DNA of 32,000 nucleotides from Candidatus Saccharimonadota bacterium (GTDB lineage Bacteria; Bacteroidota; Bacteroidia; Cytophagales; Amoebophilaceae): NCBI RefSeq assembly GCF_965196625.1, contig NZ_OZ239769.1, positions 1,020,001 to 1,052,000 of the forward strand, read 5' to 3'. Shown piece by piece: positions 27,484 to 32,000 of this stretch (position 1 is its first letter; each line of letters starts with the position of its first letter). The notes under the pieces were generated by a model. It saw only the letters and a program-made list of their open reading frames with translations, ran no database searches and was not told where the DNA came from. The position numbers and the translations under genes were made by a program.

Positions 27484-29907
27484 TTGAAAAAATTTGCAGA
27501 TGTTATACTACCACTGCCGATTAGGCCCTTAACCTACCACATTCCCTCTATATACGAAAATAGGGTAGAAAGAGGCAGTGGCCTACTGGTGCCGCTGCGT
27601 GGCGGAAAACTCTTACTGGGTATTGTGCTTGCATGCCATAGTCAAGCCCCTACTTATCCTACAAAGGATATATTAGGTGTAATCTATGGCATGCCTTTAT
27701 TTACATCTCAGCAGCTGAGCTTCCTAAAATGGATGGCCGATTACTACTTATCTAACTTTGGTGCAACCTTGTCGCTTGCATGGCCTAAAGGACTCGATTT
27801 GCCTAATGGCATTATTTTTCAAATCAATCAAACCATTGACCTACATCCAACTTCAGCAATCGAGGAGGGGATTCGCCCACTTTTGAAAGCGCTACAGCAC
27901 CAACCTTTATCGTACAAATCTATTCTCCAATTCATGGAGCCAAAAGAAGCCAATAAAGCACTTATATCTCTACTATCCCAAAGATTGATAGAAGCAGTTG
28001 CAACAACGACAATCGATCCAATAGATGAGGAAAACCCCTATTTTACCCTCTCTCCTACCATCCATCTAACACCAGATGCCATCGAAAAACTAGCACCACG
28101 TTCGCCCAAACAACAAGCGCTTTTAGCCCATTTTTTAGCAAAATCGACCACACATGCTGCTAAAAAAGAGCTTATAGCCTATTCCAAGTCAGCTTTTCAT
28201 ACGCTATTTAAGAAAGGGATTTTAATCAAGAGGCTGCTTACTCAATTGCCTGCATCCATTTTTACTGGACCCTTCGCACCATTAGCCACCTTAACCACCG
28301 CCCAAAAACAAGCACTAAAAGAGATTCAAAGACAATTTGCTACTAAAACAACGGTATTGCTACATGGTGCTATAGGAAGCGGCAAAACAGAATTGTATAT
28401 GCATCTGATTGCATCTGCATTGCTGCAACAAAAACAGGTATTGCTTTTAGTACCAGAGATCGGTTTGGTAACGCATATCGTAGAACGGATCAGTCCTTTT
28501 TTAGGAGAATGGTTGGTGGTGCACCATTCCAAACAGTCGCATAAAGAGCGGTTAAAGACATGGTTTCGCCTCTTACACCAAACCACATTGGTCGTAATAG
28601 GCACACGTTCTGCACTCTTACTACCTTTTAAAGCGCTACAACTGATTATTATAGATGAAGAACACGATCCTGCCTATAAACAAAACGATGCGATGCCCAC
28701 CTACCATGCACGAGAGAGCAGCATCCTATTGGCCAAACAACATCAAGCCAATGTTTTACTAGGTTCAGGGACACCGTCGATAGAAAGCTACTACAATGCC
28801 CAATCTGGCAAATATGGCTTAGTAAGATTAAACCATAGATTTGGCACAGCCAACCCTCCTAAATTATTTTTTATTGACCTAAACATAGAAAAAAAGCGCA
28901 AAGCCATGCGCGAATATTTCTCACTTACGCTACTAGATAAGTTAAAAAAGAATCATATAGAAGGGGGGCAATCGATGATTTTTCAAAATAGAAGGGGCTA
29001 TGCGCAATATTTTTTATGTGCCACTTGTGGATGGATTCCCCGTTGCCTGACTTGCTCGGTCAGCCTTACCTACCACCAATCGGCAAACCAGCTGCGCTGC
29101 CATTATTGTGATTATGCTATGCCTCCTTTTTGGGCTTGCAACCAGTGCGGATCTCAGGAGCTACATAACATAGGCTTTGGCACAGAAAAAATAGAAGAGA
29201 GTTTGCAACTTATTTTTCCGGAACAAAAGATGGCTCGAATGGACTTAGATAGCACAAAAGGGAAAAATAGTTACCAATCTATTCTAAAAGAGATAACCTC
29301 TGGATCAATAGATATCTTAGTGGGCACACAAATGATGGCCAAAGGATTGGATTTCGCCAACATACGCCTTATAGGCATACTAGATATAGATGGATTGCTC
29401 TACTTTCCTGACTTTAGATCCAATGAAAAATGTTTTCAACTGATTACACAGTTAGCAGGGAGAGCAGGTAGACGCCACCAACAAGGGTGTGTGTTTATTC
29501 AAACGAGGCAGACAGATCATCCCTTATTTCATTACTTATCTAATGGTGATTACGAAGGAATGTACCAATCTGAGTTAGCAGAAAGAAAACGGTTTGGCTA
29601 TCCTCCCTATGTTAGGCTGATTAAACTAAGCTTAAGCGCCATGGACGCCGCTAGCTTAGAATCTGGCGCCATTGCATTAAAAAAAATACTAGTAAAAAAG
29701 TTTAAGGGTATGGTACTAGGCCCGCAACAACCCTTAGTCAGCAAGGTCAGAAATTATTTTTTATTAGATCTATTTTTAAAAATAGCTAGTAATAATGCAG
29801 CTCAACTGCAAAACACAAAAGAAATCTTACAGAGCGCCTGCAAATATGCACTCGGTAAAGGACCCTATAAAAAAATTAAAATACTATTGGATATAGATCC
29901 GATTTAA
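27484..29907 (+). CDS. priA: Primosomal protein N' (replication restart helicase PriA)
   Basis: 807 aa. ADVILPLPI start, Walker A GAIGSGKTE, DEEHD box, Cys-rich zinc-binding insertion (CATCGW..CLTCS..CHYCDY..CNQCGS), and GTQMMAKGLDF. Confidence 0.93.
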   Translation: MKKFADVILPLPIRPLTYHIPSIYENRVERGSGLLVPLRGGKLLLGIVLACHSQAPTYPTKDILGVIYGMPLFTSQQLSFLKWMADYYLSNFGATLSLAWPKGLDLPNGIIFQINQTIDLHPTSAIEEGIRPLLKALQHQPLSYKSILQFMEPKEANKALISLLSQRLIEAVATTTIDPIDEENPYFTLSPTIHLTPDAIEKLAPRSPKQQALLAHFLAKSTTHAAKKELIAYSKSAFHTLFKKGILIKRLLTQLPASIFTGPFAPLATLTTAQKQALKEIQRQFATKTTVLLHGAIGSGKTELYMHLIASALLQQKQVLLLVPEIGLVTHIVERISPFLGEWLVVHHSKQSHKERLKTWFRLLHQTTLVVIGTRSALLLPFKALQLIIIDEEHDPAYKQNDAMPTYHARESSILLAKQHQANVLLGSGTPSIESYYNAQSGKYGLVRLNHRFGTANPPKLFFIDLNIEKKRKAMREYFSLTLLDKLKKNHIEGGQSMIFQNRRGYAQYFLCATCGWIPRCLTCSVSLTYHQSANQLRCHYCDYAMPPFWACNQCGSQELHNIGFGTEKIEESLQLIFPEQKMARMDLDSTKGKNSYQSILKEITSGSIDILVGTQMMAKGLDFANIRLIGILDIDGLLYFPDFRSNEKCFQLITQLAGRAGRRHQQGCVFIQTRQTDHPLFHYLSNGDYEGMYQSELAERKRFGYPPYVRLIKLSLSAMDAASLESGAIALKKILVKKFKGMVLGPQQPLVSKVRNYFLLDLFLKIASNNAAQLQNTKEILQSACKYALGKGPYKKIKILLDIDPI

Positions 29908-29964
29908 TCCAAATGATTTTAAGCAAAGGCCTATTTAAGATTAAGCTGCTTTTAAAACAAAAAC

Positions 29965-29993
29965 TTGCAAAATTGTATAAGTTTTAATATAAT
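29965..29993 (+). promoter_or_regulatory. E. coli sigma70-like promoter match upstream of the orphan ORF
   Basis: TTGCAA (29965-29970), a 17-nt spacer, then TATAAT (29988-29993). Bacteroidota primary sigma factors usually use a different consensus (TTTG / TAnnTTTG), so function is uncertain. Confidence 0.2.
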
Positions 29994-30156
29994 GATCCCT
30001 ATTCCTGAATAAAAGAAAACCTGGAGCAGCGCTAATCAGAACAATACCATCCTACGGAGTAAATAAAGACTTATACCGTCTGCACCCAATCTTATACAAG
30101 GGAATCAATAGGCTATCCATCCAAGTATTGCCTCAAGGCATGCATTACTTTTTACT

Positions 30157-30846
30157 ATGTTGATAGAAATTATTTTAATAGGTTTAATGACTGCCTGCAG
30201 CACAGTTTTTTCTTCCTATATGATCACCTTTTCTAAGTTGGATGATATAGAGATTGTGCCTGACACAGCAACCATTCATAGGCCAAGTCAAAAAGAAAAT
30301 AGATCCAATAAGCACATAAGAAAAGGTTCTTATAACCTACGCCGCAGAGTAGCACGATGGGCAACGCACGATATTGATGAAATAAAGAAATTTTCAGACA
30401 ATGGTAAAGCTACATACGTCCACCTAACAGATCCAGAACTATGGGCGCAAAGGGAATGGCACTACCTGCTTGGTGTGCGTTGTTTACTACATAAAGAAGA
30501 AAGTGATGATTATTTTTTCAAGACAAAACAGGGGAAATATGCTGTGGCCAGCATGACATTAGAATATAAAGACCCAAACAAACCAAAAGAAATATACAGT
30601 AAAAGAATACTTGAAATCGGTATTGATCGAGATGAACACATCATCTACCATATGATGTTTAATCCAAAAAAAAAGATAGCTGATCTAAAGCAAAAAGCAA
30701 TCAATGCAGCAATGCGTGATTGCACTAAAAAAGTAAAGGATTATGTTATTGTATACACGCCCCCGGCGCCATCTCCATATGCATCAAAAACACTCTACAT
30801 TCATCCTAAAGGGACCAAAAAAGAGATGATAAATGGTTGCAAGTAG
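30157..30846 (+). CDS. Orphan hypothetical protein with a hydrophobic N-terminus (possible lipoprotein or secreted protein)
   Basis: 229-aa track ORF. MLIEIILIGLMTAC|STVF resembles a lipoprotein signal. The remainder is basic and hydrophilic (RKGSYNLRRRVARW, KDPNKPKEIYSKR). No family recognised. Confidence 0.5.
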   Translation: MLIEIILIGLMTACSTVFSSYMITFSKLDDIEIVPDTATIHRPSQKENRSNKHIRKGSYNLRRRVARWATHDIDEIKKFSDNGKATYVHLTDPELWAQREWHYLLGVRCLLHKEESDDYFFKTKQGKYAVASMTLEYKDPNKPKEIYSKRILEIGIDRDEHIIYHMMFNPKKKIADLKQKAINAAMRDCTKKVKDYVIVYTPPAPSPYASKTLYIHPKGTKKEMINGCK

Positions 30847-30870
30847 TAGTGTGCCGCTTTTCCCACTACT
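30845..30870. terminator. Hairpin spanning both stop codons of the convergent genes; candidate bidirectional terminator
   Basis: agtagtg (30845-30851) pairs with cactact (30864-30870), with a 12-nt loop. It overlaps the TAG of the 30157 ORF and the stop of yebC. Confidence 0.3.
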
Positions 30871-31612
30871 CCCATAAAGCTTCTTGTGCTGGTTGGATAT
30901 CGATATTATGATAGACCTTCTGCACATCATCTTCATCCCTTAATGCCTCTATCAGCTTTATAATTTTAGGCAATGCTGCATCGCTGACCTGGACAAGGGT
31001 ATGGGGAATATATTCTAAACCGGCAGAAGTTGGTGCAATAGCAAGTGTTTCCAAGTGTTTTTGTAGCTTACCAAAGTCTTCTATCGCACAAATGACATGG
31101 ATAGAGGCACCATCATCTTCTAATGCTTCTGCACCTGCATCTATCAACCCTAATGTAAAATCATCGTGATCTTTAATATTGGCTACAGGAATGGTAAAAA
31201 TGCCTTTATAGTCAAATAAAAAAGTAATCGCACCACTTTTTTCTAGGCTGCCTCCATATTTGGTAAAAATAGCCCGCACATTGGCGACCGTTCTAACGAT
31301 TTTATCCGTCATGCAAACCACCATAATGGCCACGCCATGTGTACCATACCCCTCATAAGTAACTTCATGATAAGCGGCTACATCACTGCCACTTGCCTTG
31401 GTAATGGCACGAAGGATGGCATCTTTAGGCACATTAGCCCCTTTGGCATTTTGAATGGCCAAACGCAACCGTGGGTTAAGCTCTGGTTCACTTCCTCCAC
31501 TTTTGGCTGCTACGGTTATTTCTTTAACCAGTTTTGTAAATATTTTACTTTTTTTTGCGTCATTTACACCTTTTTTACGCTTGATATTAGACCATTTGCT
31601 ATGTCCTGCCAT
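30866..31612 (-). CDS. yebC: YebC/PmpR-family transcriptional regulator
   Basis: 248 aa. MAGHSKWSNIKRKKG..DAKKSKIFTKL..EITVAAK.GG..P..NPRLR is the invariant YebC N-terminus. Confidence 0.92.
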   Translation of the reverse strand: MAGHSKWSNIKRKKGVNDAKKSKIFTKLVKEITVAAKSGGSEPELNPRLRLAIQNAKGANVPKDAILRAITKASGSDVAAYHEVTYEGYGTHGVAIMVVCMTDKIVRTVANVRAIFTKYGGSLEKSGAITFLFDYKGIFTIPVANIKDHDDFTLGLIDAGAEALEDDGASIHVICAIEDFGKLQKHLETLAIAPTSAGLEYIPHTLVQVSDAALPKIIKLIEALRDEDDVQKVYHNIDIQPAQEALWE

Positions 31613-31644
31613 TGTATTATCTTATTTTGCATAAAATAGACCGC

Positions 31645-32000
31645 TTATTTGTCAAATAGGTCAGCCGTATAGGGCAAGCCCAAATGCTTATAAGCTGCCT
31701 CTGTAGCAACCCTGCCACGTGGCGTACGTTTGATATATCCTTCTTGAATTAAAAATGGTTCATATACTTCTTCTATCGTTTCCGCCTCCTCTAAGCAAGC
31801 GGTTGCAATCGTGGTAAGGCCTACAGGACCTCCTTTGAATTTTTCAATAATATTGGTTAGAATACGTTTGTCCATTTCATCCAGTCCATTCTCATCTACA
31901 TTCAAAGCGGCCAAACTGAATGTAACCATCTCCTTCGTAATCCGTCTATCTCCTTTCACCTGAGCAAAATCCCGCGTACGCTTCAGCAAATTATTGGCTA
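31645..32000 (-). CDS. ruvB: Holliday junction branch-migration helicase RuvB, C-terminal part (5' end beyond the right edge of the window)
   Basis: C-terminal winged-helix region: [24 protein letters not shown]....[30 protein letters not shown]. The frame stays open to position 32000. Confidence 0.93.
   Translation of the reverse strand, partial: ANNLLKRTRDFAQVKGDRRITKEMVTFSLAALNVDENGLDEMDKRILTNIIEKFKGGPVGLTTIATACLEEAETIEEVYEPFLIQEGYIKRTPRGRVATEAAYKHLGLPYTADLFDK

Overview
AT-rich, gene-dense window that looks like the chromosome of a genome-reduced Bacteroidota endosymbiont, possibly Amoebophilus/Cardinium-like. That assignment is an inference from gene content, not a search result. Most of the window is ordinary housekeeping: truB, birA, radA, tRNA-Glu, tsaB, gyrB, mfd, gpsA plus an HX4D acyltransferase, ybeY-rnr, priA, yebC and ruvB.

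The most notable element is absent from the supplied ORF track. The minus strand from 3712 down to the left edge is one uninterrupted 1,237-codon frame with no stop inside the window. Its motifs match a Baseplate-J / T4 gp6-like (Afp11/Cis11-type) wedge protein of a phage-tail-like contractile injection system (eCIS / T6SS-iv type). The rest of that system, if present, lies left of the window, so only one gene of it can be judged here.

Other points worth a second look:
- Two families of long palindromic, MITE-like intergenic repeats. Family A is at 7663-7826 and 15003-15156. Family B is a composite at 15752-16174 with fragments at 17953-18010 and 27172-27230, and possibly 5574-5733.
- A tiny eukaryote-type C2H2 zinc-finger ORF with a basic, NLS-like N-terminus, reachable only by a -1 shift in an A7 run (21564-21700).
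- A coiled-coil gene split at another A7 run (17010-17874).
- A G10 tract inside the acyltransferase gene.
- Several orphan membrane or secreted-looking ORFs.

I found no CRISPR array, rRNA gene or recognisable transposase gene.
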